Below the pieces are notes generated by a model, which saw only the letters and a list, made by a program, of their open reading frames with translations, was not told the DNA's origin and ran no database searches. A stretch of DNA of 64,000 nt, from assembly GCF_009914755.1 (NCBI RefSeq), contig NC_060937.1. One strand, 5' to 3'. Every line of letters starts with the position of its first letter. Within the stretch, counting starts at the first letter, position 1. Shown here piece after piece: positions 11,621 to 25,855 of the stretch. Source of the stretch: the human T2T-CHM13v2.0 reference genome, Homo sapiens. Position numbers and translations under genes: made by a program.

Positions 11621-12059
11621 GCATCAGTGTGCTTCCCCTTCCTTGCTCTGCCTATCAAAGAAACAGGCTTAGGCTTCCCAAGGGGAAAATGGGTGGATTT
11701 TTCTCATTTCATTTTATTTCAAAGTAAAAAACACATTCTTATTTGTTCTTATTCTACTTGCAAACTCTAATTACTAGTTCTAGTGTTAACTACTTAACAT
11801 ATTTTACTTAATTAGCTAATTACTAGCAATGGAAAGTAGTTTTCTTTGACCTTTATATCCACATTCCTCCCACCATAAAGAAGTTGGTGTCTTTGGTATT
11901 GAGTGGCATTAGCATAAATGGTGAATTACTTGGCAGAAAACCATAGTCTAGCTCCTGAAGCTCATGCTTTTCTCTATTAAACACTCTGTACTCCTTTGTA
12001 AAGAAAGGGCAATTTTGAATTGAAAGCAGTACACACATACATACATACTGATCATCGGG

Positions 12060-12310
12060 GAGAGTTAATGTCGTAACTAAGTATAGAGGAATTGGGGCTC
12101 CTTGGGTCTGACTTCAAGTTTGGCTTCAAAGTCACCGGATAGGTGACTTTGAGCAAATAACCTAAGCCTCTATTTCCTCAGTTGTAAAATGGTTGTGATG
12201 ATTGTGCTTATTTTGTAGTCGCAATGAGGATTAAGTGGAGGTGATATATATGTAAAGTTCTTAGTACCGCACCTGGTAAATACCAAGTCTTCAGTAAATA
12301 TTTGTTAATA
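12060..12310 (+). mobile_element. MIR SINE
   Basis: GTGACTTTGAGCAAATAACCTAAGCCTCTATTTCCTCAGTTGTAAAATGG...GTAAAGTTCTTAGTACC. Confidence 0.75.
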
Positions 12311-12459
12311 CACATGTATCACAGAAAAATTGGGGAGCTCACACAGATATGAAGAAGGAAATAAAGTCTGCCTTAGTCTTAGAGACTGCTTCTCTTCCCA
12401 TTATGTACAGACTGACAGAAGATATAATTACAGACACATGCTCCTATCCTAATGTATGT

Positions 12460-12900
12460 ATATTTTAGTCAGCTATGAGTTCCTAATGTATGTATAATTT
12501 AGTAGGCTGCTTTTTTCATTTAAAATTCTTTCGTGGACAACTTCCCTTATTTTTAAAAATCATGATTTTTGAGGGGAGGAGGTAATTGTGCAACTTTATT
12601 GTGGCAGTAGCTAATGAGTACAGGGCCCTCAAATCTTTAGGTTTTATCTCATTGAGTAAAAGTGATTTTTAATGTCTACAAATTATTCCATAGACATATC
12701 ATAATTTATTTAATCATTTCCCTATTATTGCAAGTTACTTTGTTTTCCCTATTTTATTTTTTGGCTTTATAAACTTCTGAGAATATAAATCTTTGTCTGC
12801 ACTTTTCATCATGTTCTTAGGATAGATTAAGTACATTATTGGGTCAAAATACAAACACTTGTCAGAATCTTAATCCATACTGCCAAGTTGCTTTGCAAAA
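12460..12900 (-). mobile_element. Degraded L1ME-like fragment
   Basis: ATAATTTATTTAATCATTTCCCTATTATTG...ATACTGCCAAGTTGCTTT resembles antisense old-L1 sequence. Confidence 0.55.
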
Positions 12901-13600
12901 AGGAGCAGCGCTTCGCTTTGTAAAGCTCATTCCCCAAAGCTGCACAGGCCAAGGTTTCCTACTGGGCTGTTTTTGTGAAAGGGGTAGTCAAATTCCTAAC
13001 TAATATCCTTGGTCAATCAGGAGTCAGTTTCCTCTTCCTTCCTCTCCTGGGCTGCGTCTAGGACAGTTGGAAATGTCTCTGGTTTGGGGATCCTTTGGGA
13101 CCTCCTCCTAAGAAAATCCTGTGTATACTGATTTGGAGGCTACCTAAACCTGAACTTGACCTCTAAAGCTCAGCTAATCTAATCCTAAGTCTTCTGATCA
13201 GTGGGATGGCATCCTCCATCATGCTTGTATTTAAAAACTTTCAAAACAGTCAAGCCCGTGGGTTCTTTGCTCGGTCTGCTGTTGGATGGATAATATCACT
13301 TCTTTGCTAGAAAGTTACTGCTGAAGTTTACCCTCAAATCCTTAATGAATTTGGTCCTGGCGAGGGTACTCTCCAGGCACTTGGCTTCCCTTCTCAGTGT
13401 GTGGGCAACAACCCCATCACAGGGAAGCTTTGCTGATGCCCTCTCTGTGTCCGGTACAGGGAATGTTTGTTACCTGGCTTGGGTATTGTTAAGCTTCTTC
13501 TCCATCTTCTCTTTCTTGGATCTAGAATTTACCTTTCCTGGAATCCTTTCTATTCTCATGGCTGATCCTCTGCATTAATTTATGCCTCAAATGTTGCATC

Positions 13601-14485
<885 letters not shown>

Positions 14486-14689
14486 GAGACAGAAGTCCTC
14501 AGACGCAGCCCTCCTCTTGTGTTGCCTAAGAGCGGGAGCAGCACAGCTGCCTGGATTTATTGTTTTTCCCAAGAGAGGTGATTATAACACTTTATCTTCC
14601 CCTTTTGGCTTTCAGCCAGTGGCTCTGCATCTAGTCTCTAATTTTCTTTTTGTTTAAAGGGTTGTTCTGTCTTCCCAGCCAAAGCAAAA

Positions 14690-14950
14690 TGATGATGGTA
14701 ATAACGTGGTTGTTATTTCTTGAAAACCTACTGTGTGCTAGACACTGTGCTTTACATATGAGATCTCATTTATTAATCTTCACCAACATTTTATAAATTA
14801 GGTACTATTTCCCTATTTTATGGATGAGAAAAGGGAAGCCTGGAGAGATTAAAAAAACATGCACCCAAATCATTGAAGTAGTAGGTTAGAGTTGGAGTCA
14901 AGAACTGAACCCAGGGCTGTCAGCCCAAGTCTTCTTACTATGTCCTGCTA
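14690..14950 (-). mobile_element. MIR SINE
   Basis: CTACTGTGTGCTAGACACTGTGCTTTACATATG...CCCTATTTTATGGATGAGAAAA. Confidence 0.75.
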
Positions 14951-15584
14951 GAAAAGGATGACTTAAGGGTGGGGTGGATATCGGACTTGGCTGACTTTTC
15001 CTGGGACCTACGACCATGAGGCTTTTGCAGTAGAGGGACATGTAAACCTCTATGGCAGCTTGGTTTTGCTGAGCACTGGCTCCTCTTCATCTGTTGCAGG
15101 CCTTAGGAAAGGCCAAGGAGATTGAGTTAAGCCTCTGATCCCAGACATATCACTGCACCAATAGGCAAAATGTACCCTTGATGTTAAATTGTGGGAAACT
15201 TGACTCATTGCTATACTATCCAGGTCATCTACTTGCTGGGCAAAGGCAGTTGAAAATGGGTACAGTATATGCCAAGATTAAGACACTCTCGAAACTAGTT
15301 ATGGTGGGATAATTCAATGCTGCTTTTTAAGGAACTCTAAAAAACAGTACCTTTAGTTGGTGATTGATGTAAAGTAGTTATTTAATAGGCATTAATAAAA
15401 TAAATGAATGAATTAATGAATATAGGAATGAATTAGTGGTATTTTATGGGTTTTTTTTTAATGGCAAGCGATGTGGAATAATGGGAAAAATGGGATCTGC
15501 CAAACATTAGTGTGCTGACCTTGGGTAACTTATTCTCCCTGAGGTTCAATTTGTCACGTGTAAAATGGTAATGTTAATACCCAC

Positions 15585-16011
15585 TGTCAAGAACTATGAG
15601 AAATCTGAGATTTTACCTTCTTTCAAGCTAACGTGGCCTGACACATTTGCAAAGATGCTGGCAGAAGACGTGGGTATTTTGGGTCAGATACATGGACTTT
15701 ATTACTCATGGCATAGCAAAACATGGACATCACCATATTTGTATCTATTTTCTTTGCAAATGGCTCTGATGTATGCTTGTACACAGAGTGAGCTGTGTTA
15801 AAGAAGAGGGACCCCAAGCTTAGGTGTCCTCAATTTAAAATGGGCAGTAAGCATGCTTGCCCTTTTCTCTGGCAGAAGATGCTATCTTCTCTTTTTCAGG
15901 CTGTTGGCTCCCCACTAGTCCTTGAGAAGATATATTGGAACAAAGGCTGATACTGCCATGCTTGCAAGACATACAGAATGCATGAGACCAGTGAAGGATT
16001 ATCTCCCAAAA
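15585..16011. mobile_element. ERVL-class LTR (MER73/MER74-like) inserted into a MIR
   Basis: Starts TGTCAAGAACTATGAGAAATCTGAGATTTTACC...GATGCTGGCAGAAGAC. MIR sequence continues on both sides (AAAATGGTAATGTTAATACCCAC | TCTACCTCATGGATTTTG). Confidence 0.6.
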
Positions 16012-16054
16012 TCTACCTCATGGATTTTGTTTTATGAGAATTAAAGAACTAACT

Positions 16055-16440
16055 TATTTTATCAGTTAGAATAGGCTGGGCAATTGTGCAGCAACACATG
16101 ACTGTCACAGTGCCTTAAACCATGAAAGATTTCTTGCTAATGCCACATATTCATGGGGAATTGGCTGGGGACTCTGTTTCAGATCAGCCTCACTCCAGGT
16201 CCCAAGCTGAAGGAGGTGCCGTGATGTGGCACATTGCCACGGCAGAGGGAAAGTGAGTGGCAGAATTGCATGCTGACTCTACAAACTTCACCCCAACTTC
16301 ATCCCAGAAGTGACATGCATCACTTCTGCTCACATTTCATTGTCCAAAGCAAGTTATGTAGCCAAACCTAACCTCAAGAGGGAGGTGAAGTGTGCCCAGA
16401 AGAGCCAGAATATTTATTTGGTAGGTGGCACAAATTACTG
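16055..16440 (-). mobile_element. MaLR LTR (MLT1I/J-like)
   Basis: CCCAGAAGTGACATGCATCACTTCTGCTCACATTTCATTGTCCAAAGCAAGTTATGTAGCCAAACCTAAC is a typical MLT1 block. Confidence 0.7.
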
Positions 16441-16999
16441 CTAGCCAAATGCAAAGTCCTTGCACAAGGCTGGACACATTAAAAATGGTCACTTCCCTCT
16501 TCTTTTTTACTTCTGGAGTCATGAATTTGGAAAAGGTCAGAAGTGTGGTTCTTTGGTTAAGAAAAAACTCATGGTGGTCATGGATTCAGGTTGTCCTCTG
16601 TCTATTGGCACCCGTGGTCAAGAAAATTTGCAGAATTTCCAGTATAAAGCTATGTGCCCAAGCTTATAAATAAAGTTAATAAATACTAATTATTAATATG
16701 CATTCAAGATCACAAGTTTGTTGGTCAACATTAAAAAAGAAGAAACATAGAATTTCTTCTAATCCCCAATTATTGCACAGAGATAATAACCAGATTGAGA
16801 AAGAAAAAGAAAAATGTTGATTTATTTTCATTCATGCTACAATGCAATCACAGACTCAATAGCTGAAATACTTTCTGACTTGAACTGGTCACTGCGTCTG
16901 ACTAGCAATCATTGAATGCCAGTAGAATGAAATAAACATTACTAATTACCACAGTCTCCATGCTTCAGAGTTTAAAGACACCAGACAGGTCATTAATTT

Positions 17000-18250
17000 C
17001 TTTTTTCATTCATTGAGAGGCCCTATCTCTCAGGTATTGAGTTAAGGATGTGGGGACAGAATTAGAAGCAAAACTGAAATGGTTCTTGGCTCCAAGGAGT
17101 TTAGAGTCTAGAGGGAAAAAAAGACAACAGTCAAAACTAACTCTTATTCATGGCTTGCTTACTAGAGGCTGAGCATGGGGCTGTGCAATACGTCTGCATT
17201 TCATAAGAGAGTCAACAGCCTTGTGTTGGTTTATTACTCACAAGAACCCTGTGGAGGTGGTGAGAACCATGGCTTTGACTTGGTATAATCAAGACTCAGA
17301 AATGTTATTCAGTATATTCTTGGGGTGCCAGGAGAGCTAGGTCAGAATTCAGGTCTCATGTCTCAGATTACAGATGCATTGACACCTAACCATTTTCACT
17401 AACCTGCACCACAAAAACCAGCCTTGTTTATAGGTCGGACATCCCCACCTCCAGGCAGTGCCTTCTCTTAGTTAATATTTCCCATCAGTGAATGAATTAT
17501 TCAAAGAATTGGTTGCACACCTATTTGGTGTCAGGCACTGTGCAAAGTGCCTACTCACTACAGATTTCACACTACTCCTACAATTATCTGCAAGGGTAGG
17601 AATCATGATTTGACAAATGAAGAAATGAAGAATCATAGAGTGAGAGATTTGCCTATTATTTCCAGAGTTCAAAATTGGTGGAGGGAGCCAGGATTCAACC
17701 AAGCCATGTCTGAGCCAGAACTCTTTCTAGGGGCACAACTCTGCCCCTGTGAACTGCTGGCAGGTCTGGCCAGTGGATGCTCTCAGACCCATAACCATGG
17801 CTCCTGCCAGACATCCCTAAGTCCCCCTGCAATAACATTGGGTTATGAAATCTAGGCAGCTAGTAGAAACAGATCGCTTTGAGGATAACTGCCTCTTCTC
17901 ACTGCAGCAGCACAACTTGCTGCTTTTACTCACTTATTCTAATGAATTCAACAAACATTGACTGAACAGCTTCAATGTAGCATGCCCTGGAGGCTACCAG
18001 GGTGAGTTCAACGTAGCTCTGCTCTCAAAGGGTTGAAAATCAACAGTGGGAGAGAAACTTAGAACCACTGAAACTATAATGCAGGTAGAAAACTCAGGGT
18101 TATAACAAACAAAATGCAACAGGAGAAAGAGTGTGCACGAGAGAAAACCCTACTGGGAAATCTGGGAAGGCTTTGGGGGGAAGTGTGTGATTTGTCAGGG
18201 ATTTAAAGATAGATAAGACTCATGTGCTCAAGTGCTAGAAATGGGAGAGG
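17000..18250 (-). mobile_element. Cluster of L2 and MIR fragments
   Basis: TTCATTCATTGAGAGGCC...CAAGGAGTTTAGAGTCTAG (L2); TTTGACAAATGAAGAAATGAAG...GGATTCAACC (MIR); ATTCAACAAACATTGACTGAAC (L2). Confidence 0.6.
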
Positions 18251-19429
18251 GGAGTGGAGGGAAAGAGTGAGTATTAAGAAGCCACATCATGTAAGCAGAA
18301 GGGGCTGTTTCTTTCAGAGATTTGTAACCTGGAAGAAGAGTTGTTTTTCCAGAGCTCACAAAGTCTGACCCATTTTCACAGAGCCCCTGGGGAGGAGCAA
18401 CTAGTGCAAGCCAGGTGCAGTCGGAGAAGCTGCCTCAAAGGTTAGCTGAGAAGAAAGGCTGTTGTGGACACTTAGAAAGTCTTTTCTGAAAGGGAGCCAT
18501 CTGGTGCTTAGTACCAAGCAAGCTTCTTTCTGTTTTCCCAGGCTTCTGGGCACTGGTGGCTGATGCACAGTCCCCCTGGGCTTTGTGAGGGTGGAGGGAC
18601 TGGTGCTGGCTTCCTGGGCTGTAAAAGGCTGCATCTCATGCCTGAGGTCCCAGCCTCTGCACTTCTGCAGAGTGTGGTCCCCATGGTGAGCTGATGAGCT
18701 GACAGCTGTCTCTTTAGAGGCCCCCCGGGTCTTCACTGCCTCCGTGAGCATGTCCTCTTGCGGGAACCATGGAATGTTTTTAATCCTGGCCAGTCACATC
18801 TGGGAAAAACAACCCAAATGTTAATCCATCTGGAGAGAGAACTAATCCATATCTTCTGCTGTCTGTATCTTTTGTTTTTCATCTCTGGATCTTTAAATCT
18901 AATTATGAAGCCAGAACGAGCCCCCTACAAGCCTGTCTCTTACCCTTCAGGCGGCCTTTAAACGTTCCTTTGTGCATGGTCTCCTTATGCTCCTAACAGA
19001 GCTCCTTTCATCTGAATGTGGTACAGCTCTTTAAACAAAGAAACAAAGCCTCACTACACCCCCATGAGGAAAGAAGCAATCATAACTTGCTTTCACCCTG
19101 GCTGAGAGAAGATGAAGGAATGGGCCGCCACTTGGTTAAGGAGTCCCAGCTACTATGGCCCTCTTAAAACAACAAGAGCACTAGCTATATCCTGCCCTTG
19201 TGTATTTTCCTAGAAGTGGACTCAGGTTCAAGAAGGAACTTTGTATATTTCTTCCTAAATGGGCTCCTCCTCCTGTACCCTGTGTTTAGAAAAATGATAT
19301 CAACCAATCACCCAAGCTTGGATATTTCCACTCTCTTTAGCGGTGGAGACTTAATTGATGTTTCAATGATCATGCCTCTTCTGCCCTTTCTGTCTCTCTG
19401 ATACTCTGGGGTACCCTGCTATCCTGGAT

Positions 19430-20045
19430 TACTACCACGGCTTGCCCTCTTCAGTCTCTGTTTTTATTGTATGTTCCTCCTAATCTACCCTCCGTGCTGC
19501 TATCAGACTAATCTCTCTAAAAGACAAACTTAGTTAAGTTATGCCTCTGCTTAAAATCCTTCTCCTATAGGATAAGATGGAAACTCCTTAGCCTGACATA
19601 AAAGCTCCAGGCTCTACCTGTGCAATCTCACCTGTCACCTATACCTCTGTATACTCTCTATAACCAGCGTTTTGGAACTACTTCCTGTTTCCTGGATGTA
19701 ATGCCGCCTCCTTTTGCATGTAGTCCATGCAGTAATCTGACCCTCCTGTCAGGGGAAATCCTACCTGTCATTGAAATCCAGCTCAAGGGTGGTCTCCACT
19801 CTGAACATCAGATGGTAATGAGTACTTGCTTCTTTGTGGTGCATTGTATTTTCACTGGTTTTCTGTTGGAGCACACAATAAGATTATTATACTTACTCGT
19901 TGTTTACCTATTCTCACCTCACCCCTAAATAGCCTGTGCATTTCTCCTAGACAAGTGCTGTGTCTTATTCATCTTGGCCTTGTTGGCACCCAGTGTAGTG
20001 CCATGAAGATGGTAGTCATTCAATAAAGTTTGCTAAATGAGTAGA
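19430..20045 (+). mobile_element. L2 fragment to 3' end
   Basis: ATGCCTCTGCTTAAAATCCTT...AAACTCCTTAGCCTGACATAAAAGCTCC...TTCAATAAAGTTTGCTAAATGA. Confidence 0.7.
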
Positions 20046-20269
20046 ATTATCACATCCATCGTGGGAAAGAACATTAACAAATAGAGAAATTGAGGCTGAG
20101 GATTTTCCTAGACTCATGCTGTCAATTAAAGTACTGATGCAATGACTGAAACCCAAGTCTGCTTTATAGGCCATTATACTTCTTTAGATCCTCAAACCAA
20201 CAACTCTAGGAAGCTGCTTTAGGGAGGAGTTTATATTCTTCTACATGTCACAGATAACAGTAATTTATA

Positions 20270-20720
20270 TACCCAACCAATATTTTTGTGGGTTTAGTAT
20301 AAACCAGGCACTGTGCTAGACATTGCAATTATAGAAGTATACAAACCAAAAAATATCCTTTCCTACAGTAAATTTTCTACTTGGACAAACAGACACAAAA
20401 CCGATAAAGAAGTAAATAAATATGAGGAGAGCAGGCAGGGGCCAGATCAGGTAGAAACTTGAAAGCCATCATAAGTTTCCTGGATTTTATTCTAAAGAAT
20501 AACCAGAAGTCATTGGTGGCTTTAAAGGAGGGAATTTGATGGCTGTGTGGACATGAGTTTGGCATACAGTAGATGAGGGGGACATGAGTTTAAGAGTTAC
20601 TGTAGTTTCTGGAGAGATACGATGATGGTGGCAGTGGAAGTGAAGGAAGGTGAACTGATTTGTTTTACGGGTAACCTGCCAGTGTTTGTTGATGGACTGG
20701 TTGTGGTTAGCATCCTTGGT
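20270..20720 (-). mobile_element. L2 fragment
   Basis: CCAGGCACTGTGCTAGACATTG...GGGGCCAGATCAGGTAGAAACTTGAAAGCCAT...GGATTTTATTCTAA. Confidence 0.65.
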
Positions 20721-21009
20721 CTGGAATAGTCTTAAGCCATGGCTGTCATCTGCCTGCCTCTCAGCATCATGCTGATGGCTGCAGAGGCTTTGAGTTGGAA
20801 CTCTTGAGTCATTGAGGAAGTCCAGCATTCGGTCATCACCAGCTATTTCCACGAACAACCCCACAACACTTTATTATGTGAACAATATTATTGAAGCCCT
20901 TCTTTGGGATTCAGACTTTTTCTTGTACTCCCAAAGGCCAAGGATGCTGGCAATAGGGCCCTGGTCCTGGGCCAGTCTGGATCTGAGTATGGCCTTGAAG
21001 GATCTGACA

Positions 21010-21215
21010 CTAGGGCCAGTATGGTAATAGAGCCTGGGACTTGAAGCTGTATAGTCTCATTTTCAGGTCCTTGCTCAACTATTTACTAGCAATGTCATTT
21101 TGGGAAGACATTTTTAACCTCTCTGAACCTTAGTTATCTTATTTGTAAAATGGGCATCATGAATACATACCTCACAGAATTGGTGTGAAAATGAATGACA
21201 TAAGTAAAGCCCAAG
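21010..21215 (+). mobile_element. MIR SINE
   Basis: TTTAACCTCTCTGAACCTTAGTTATCTTATTTGTAAAATGGGCATCATGAATACATACCTCACAG. Confidence 0.75.
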
Positions 21216-22441
21216 GAGGGGTAAGGGGTCAAGAAGAAAACTCAAGGAAAGGCAGGAGCAGTCCTTGCATTCCCTGGTACCAGCTTGGTCTTGACATAAC
21301 TGTGCCCCAAGAATCAGAATTTTCACATTCCCAGATGGGTGCTCACACAGTTTTAGGGAAAAAAATTTTTCCTTCCTTGGTGGTGGCAGTTTAAGGAGGT
21401 ATGGTATGGAGCACAAAGGAATTCTCATAACCAGTTAGTGTCATGCCCTTTTCTTTGTCCCAGTGACGATGATAACAGCAGGGTAGATTTATGGCAACAT
21501 GATGAAGATATCCATCTCCAGCCAGTACTACAGCAGCCTCTGGTGTTGATTCTGGACTTGGGGGTAAGGTGGAAGCTACAAGAGGAGACACCTGAAAGGA
21601 TCCTTCTCTTATTGACTTTCCCATAAGTGTGTGGTTTTGAGTGGTGAATAGAGAAGGATATCTCTGTGGGCAGATATTGGCTGCCATGGCATAAGTTGTT
21701 CCTGGCGGGTCATTCCCTTGGAGGCTAGGGGTTCTTTAGACAGGAAACCAAGACTTGTGGGCCTTAGGCAGGGATGCAAAAGCATTCCCTGGCCTTCTCT
21801 GAGCTTTGGCCTTTTTGAAAATAACTTTGAGGAGTCTGAAGCAGGGATCATAAAACTGATTTACCTTTGATTGATTGGTAGTTGATGCTGGAGTACTAAG
21901 GCTAAGTCTTCATTCAATGACGAAGAGTGGTGTGGTTGATTAATGATGTCTGCCATGAGCAGCCTAGGGAAGACTACAGCATGTAGGCTATGGATTTGTT
22001 ATCCCTGGTGTGGAGATTGAGGAAGGCCCTCCAGGATGGCTGGACTAAATGTGCCCTTGTATCTCCATGCACATTTAGCCCCTTACTAAATAAAAATGAA
22101 TAAACTACATTGTGTAAACCAGATGATCTCGTTCCTTGTTATTTTCTGTTTATTTATCTTTTTTGATCCCTTAGCCATTAGTTTAACTTTCTAAAAATTT
22201 TATGGCTGGGTCTCTGCTTTGTCACATGGAACTGGCAGAGAGAACATATCTGGGCGAGAGTATAAAGGGGAAGTACAAGTCCCTGAGAAGAGTGGTGCTG
22301 GTGGTGGACATCGCCCTAAGACTCCAAGAAGGTGAACCTTGGAGTCCACCTGTCCCCTTCCCACATCCGTTGCTAGCTGTAGGCAAGCTGAATTTTAATT
22401 CTAATGTGTAGGTAGCATTTCATTATTTTCTTAGCTTTACC

Positions 22442-22582
22442 TTTTTGAGAATCTGTCACCCAGGCTGGAGTGCAGTGGCAATTATAGCTCACCTGCAACC
22501 TCGAATTCCTGGGCCCAAGTGATCCTCCTGCCTTGGCCTCTCAAAGTGCTAGGATTACAGGCGTGAGCCACTGCACCTGGCC
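22442..22582 (-). mobile_element. Alu monomer (FRAM-like)
   Basis: Single arm: CTGTCACCCAGGCTGGAGTGCAGTGG...GTGCTAGGATTACAGGCGTGAGCCACTGCACCTGGCC. Confidence 0.85.
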
Positions 22583-23929
22583 CTATTTTAATTCTTAATT
22601 TTATTAGGAAAAGAAGGGAAAACATATCAAAGGGGATGTATACCAAGAATAATTAAATTGAATATTTACCAAGTAATTTTGTGTATTTTACCTCACAGCT
22701 GCTCTATGGGGTAATTACTACTGTCACCATCTAGTATTTGGTGAAATATGTTTGGAGAGGACCAGAAACAGGCCTGAGGTCTCAAATCTAGCAAAAGACA
22801 GAGTCACATCCCCTACTCAAGTGTGCCAGCCCCTAGTGTGCATGCTTCTTGGTCCTGCCACGCTGCCCCTAGAGTAGGTGGGGTTTGTGGTCCTGATGGA
22901 GCCTCCAGTTTGGGGTGGGTTCTGAGACGGTTGAACCCAGGCCGGGATTGCAGCTTAGTTCAGGGCCAGAGAGCTTCACTGGGCCACTGGGGAAACAGAA
23001 GAGGGCTGGGAAGCCCTTGTGTTTTTTGAGCCAGGGAAGTGAACAGCTTCCCTGCTGAGTGGGATAGCTGTGAATCGAGGTGCCCACAGCACCTGCCAGA
23101 CTGCGGAGCATGCTGGAGACTAAAAATCTGACTGACATTGTGTTCAAGAGACCCCCCTGGGCCTCCAGTCTGGTCCTCTGTGCTAAAAGTGCTTTCAACC
23201 ACAGGATTCACTCTATCGATTTTTATTAATAAAACTTTCAGAGCACTGCATGGGTGTTAGCTATGTAACTTTCACTGAGTTTGTGTGGGAATTATGTAGC
23301 TCAATCACCAAGCAAGGCATCCTTGCATTCTTTCTGTGTATGTGTGTGTAGTGGTGCTGGTTGGGGGTACTGACGGGGTACAGATTTAACTTAATGTCAT
23401 TGTGAATATTTTTAGAGACTTTTTGAATACTCTGTAATTGTACTATCTATACTTTGGGCCTAGTGTTACTGTTCAGTTGACAAAATACTCACTGCTAATT
23501 ACAATAAACAAAGGATTTTGTTTCTCTGGGAGAGAAAAAAAGATCTCTGTTTGAAGCAGACCAAATTACCTACTTGGAATTAAACAAAAAAAATGCCTAT
23601 GACAGGCACACCCAAGACAATTTTTTATCACAATTACATCTGTATAGCTTGAAAACAAGGAAGCCTGTCTTTACACCTTCTGTCTGAGTGTGGTGGCAGA
23701 GATATTAGAGGTGTTTTGTGTGTAAAGTTTAAACTGAAGCCTGGATTTTGTGTGGCTAAATAGCAATGCTTACTCCAGCATTGTTCCCGTCTGGTATTAG
23801 TGTGTAGACAGACGCCTGAGGACTTTTCCATGAGCTAGCAAGAAAGGAGGTAGGATTTGCAGCCTCCCATTTCGCAGATAGAGAGGGGACAGGGAAGAGG
23901 AGAGAGAAAGCACAGACCACCCTGTGGAA

Positions 23930-24600
23930 TGTTAGCTCTGCCATGTACTGTGTGGCCTGAGGCATGTTCCCTTATCTCTCTGAGCCTCAAATGCAAAATG
24001 AAAAGAACATTAGCTGTTGTGAGTAGATGGAAATCACTTAGCACAGCGTTTACACAGGAGTGTTTATGCAGTGTTGGCTATTATTTTTAAGATGTGCTCA
24101 ATAAATACGGGGTGAATGAATGAAGAATATTTGTTCCAATCACAAGATGCTTCAGGCAGCCTTTTCAATTTTAAGTTACACCAGGAAGAAAGCCTAATCA
24201 AGTGCCAGCCTCCCCCAGGAACCTTGTAACTTCTGATTGTCTCCAACAAGGATGGCGCTAATCTTCCTGTTTAGCTGTGGGCATCTGTACTCTGCAGCGA
24301 CAGCAGCCAGGACGCTCTTAACTGGAGCGGGAAGGGCCAACATGGTAGGGCCCAATGGGGCTGGGAAGTGCTGCCGCAGCTATATATAGCTGATGCTTAT
24401 GGAACTCTTGCCACGTGCCAGCATTTAATGCATGGAACAACAACCCCACCACTAGGCACGATTATTATCCCCATTTTACAGATGATTAATCTGGGACAAA
24501 GAGTTTCCATTAGGAAGTCTCCCGAAGTCCCACAGCTTTGTAAGTGACAAAACTGGGACGTGAACTCAGCCCCTCATTCTGGCTCCAGGATTCCCCCTGG
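23930..24600. mobile_element. MIR(+)/L2 3' end (23930-24125) and MIR(-) (24395-24600)
   Basis: CTCTCTGAGCCTCAAATGCAAAATG; GTGCTCAATAAATAC...TGAATGAATGAA; ATTATCCCCATTTTACAGATGA. Confidence 0.65.
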
Positions 24601-25619
24601 GCCTCTGCCCTGTTGCCTCCCCAGAGCCCGTAAAGCTGAGAGTGCCCTGAATACGATTTGTAAGTTCGGATGCATGTTGGGAACAGGGCATCGGTTCTCT
24701 GATCCACAGAAGCCCTGCTGAGAGAGGTACTCAGGGAAGACAAGCCAACTAGCCTGGGTGAAATCTCTCCTGCATGCACACACACCTGTTTATGGGTAGT
24801 CTTAAACATTTCACGGGGCTTAGACAGGCAGGTGAGAAATAGCAGGAAGACCATAGGGGAAAACTGTGTAACTAAATTAAGGAATTTTGAAGACAGGTGA
24901 AGAAATGAATATCCAAATGCGTTGCACTTGCTGGAAGGGATCACACAAAGTCATCTGATTTTCATTTACCCTTAGACATTTTTTAGGCTTGCCTATCTGG
25001 GCTGAAGTTAAAGTCACGGTCCTCCCTACTGTGTCCCCTTCACTTAGGAGCTCTCTCTCTGCTTCTGGCGAGGGCAGCTGACAGTCGCAGAGGTGATAAT
25101 GGGTAGACAGACTCCAGAATGTGCCCTGGGTCCACACCCGCCTGCCTTGCCTCTCTAGGGAGTACAGAACTGTGTAAATCAGCAATGAGAAGGGCTTAGC
25201 GATTAAGGAAGCTGACACCTGGGTGATTGCTCCATCCCCAGTGGTTTCCAGACCTTTTTGAGCTGGAATCTCTATGTTAAATCAAAATCTCACCCAGACA
25301 CCAAGTGTGTGAGGGTCTGGTGGAAAACAGGGAGTCTTGGAGCCCTGCCCCCTCTATGGTGATGAAATCCTGGGGGCAGAGAAAAGTGGGTTGAAAGTCC
25401 CAGTAGGCAGCTGTCACAGTTTCCCTTTATAATTCAGAAAACGAGCTTGGTCCTATTCTACCTCCATTCTTCTCTTCTGGGTGCCTGTAATCCACTGGTT
25501 ACAAACAGGCATAGCTAGAGCACAGGCAGGATTGAAAGGTGCTTCTAAGGGGCCAGATTTAACATTCTACTCCAATCTTTCCTAATAAATGAGGGCTGCT
25601 GGTGGTGAAAAGTGTTTGA

Positions 25620-25855
25620 AAGGTAGAATAGTTTAGAGGTTGAGAGTATGAATTTTGCAGTCAGCTCAGCCACTTATTAGTTGTGTGACTCTGGGCAAGA
25701 TTTTTAGTTTTTCTGTGCCTCAGTTTCTCATCTGTAAAATGGAAATTAGATAATAGCAAAGTATCTCATTCGGTGGTTGTGAGACTTCAATCGATTAATC
25801 TATGTGGCACACCTAGAACAGTTCCTGGCACATGGTAAGTACTCAATAAATCATC
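25620..25855 (+). mobile_element. MIR SINE
   Basis: CACTTATTAGTTGTGTGACTCTGGGCAAG...CTGTGCCTCAGTTTCTCATCTGTAAAATGG...CCTGGCACATGGTAAGTACTCAATAAAT. Confidence 0.85.

Noticed and set aside
11809-11822. 14-bp palindrome TAATTAGCTAATTA
   Set aside because: AT-rich and within chance expectation.
24377-24392. 16-bp perfect palindrome CAGCTATATATAGCTG
   Set aside because: About one palindrome of this length is expected by chance in 64 kb.
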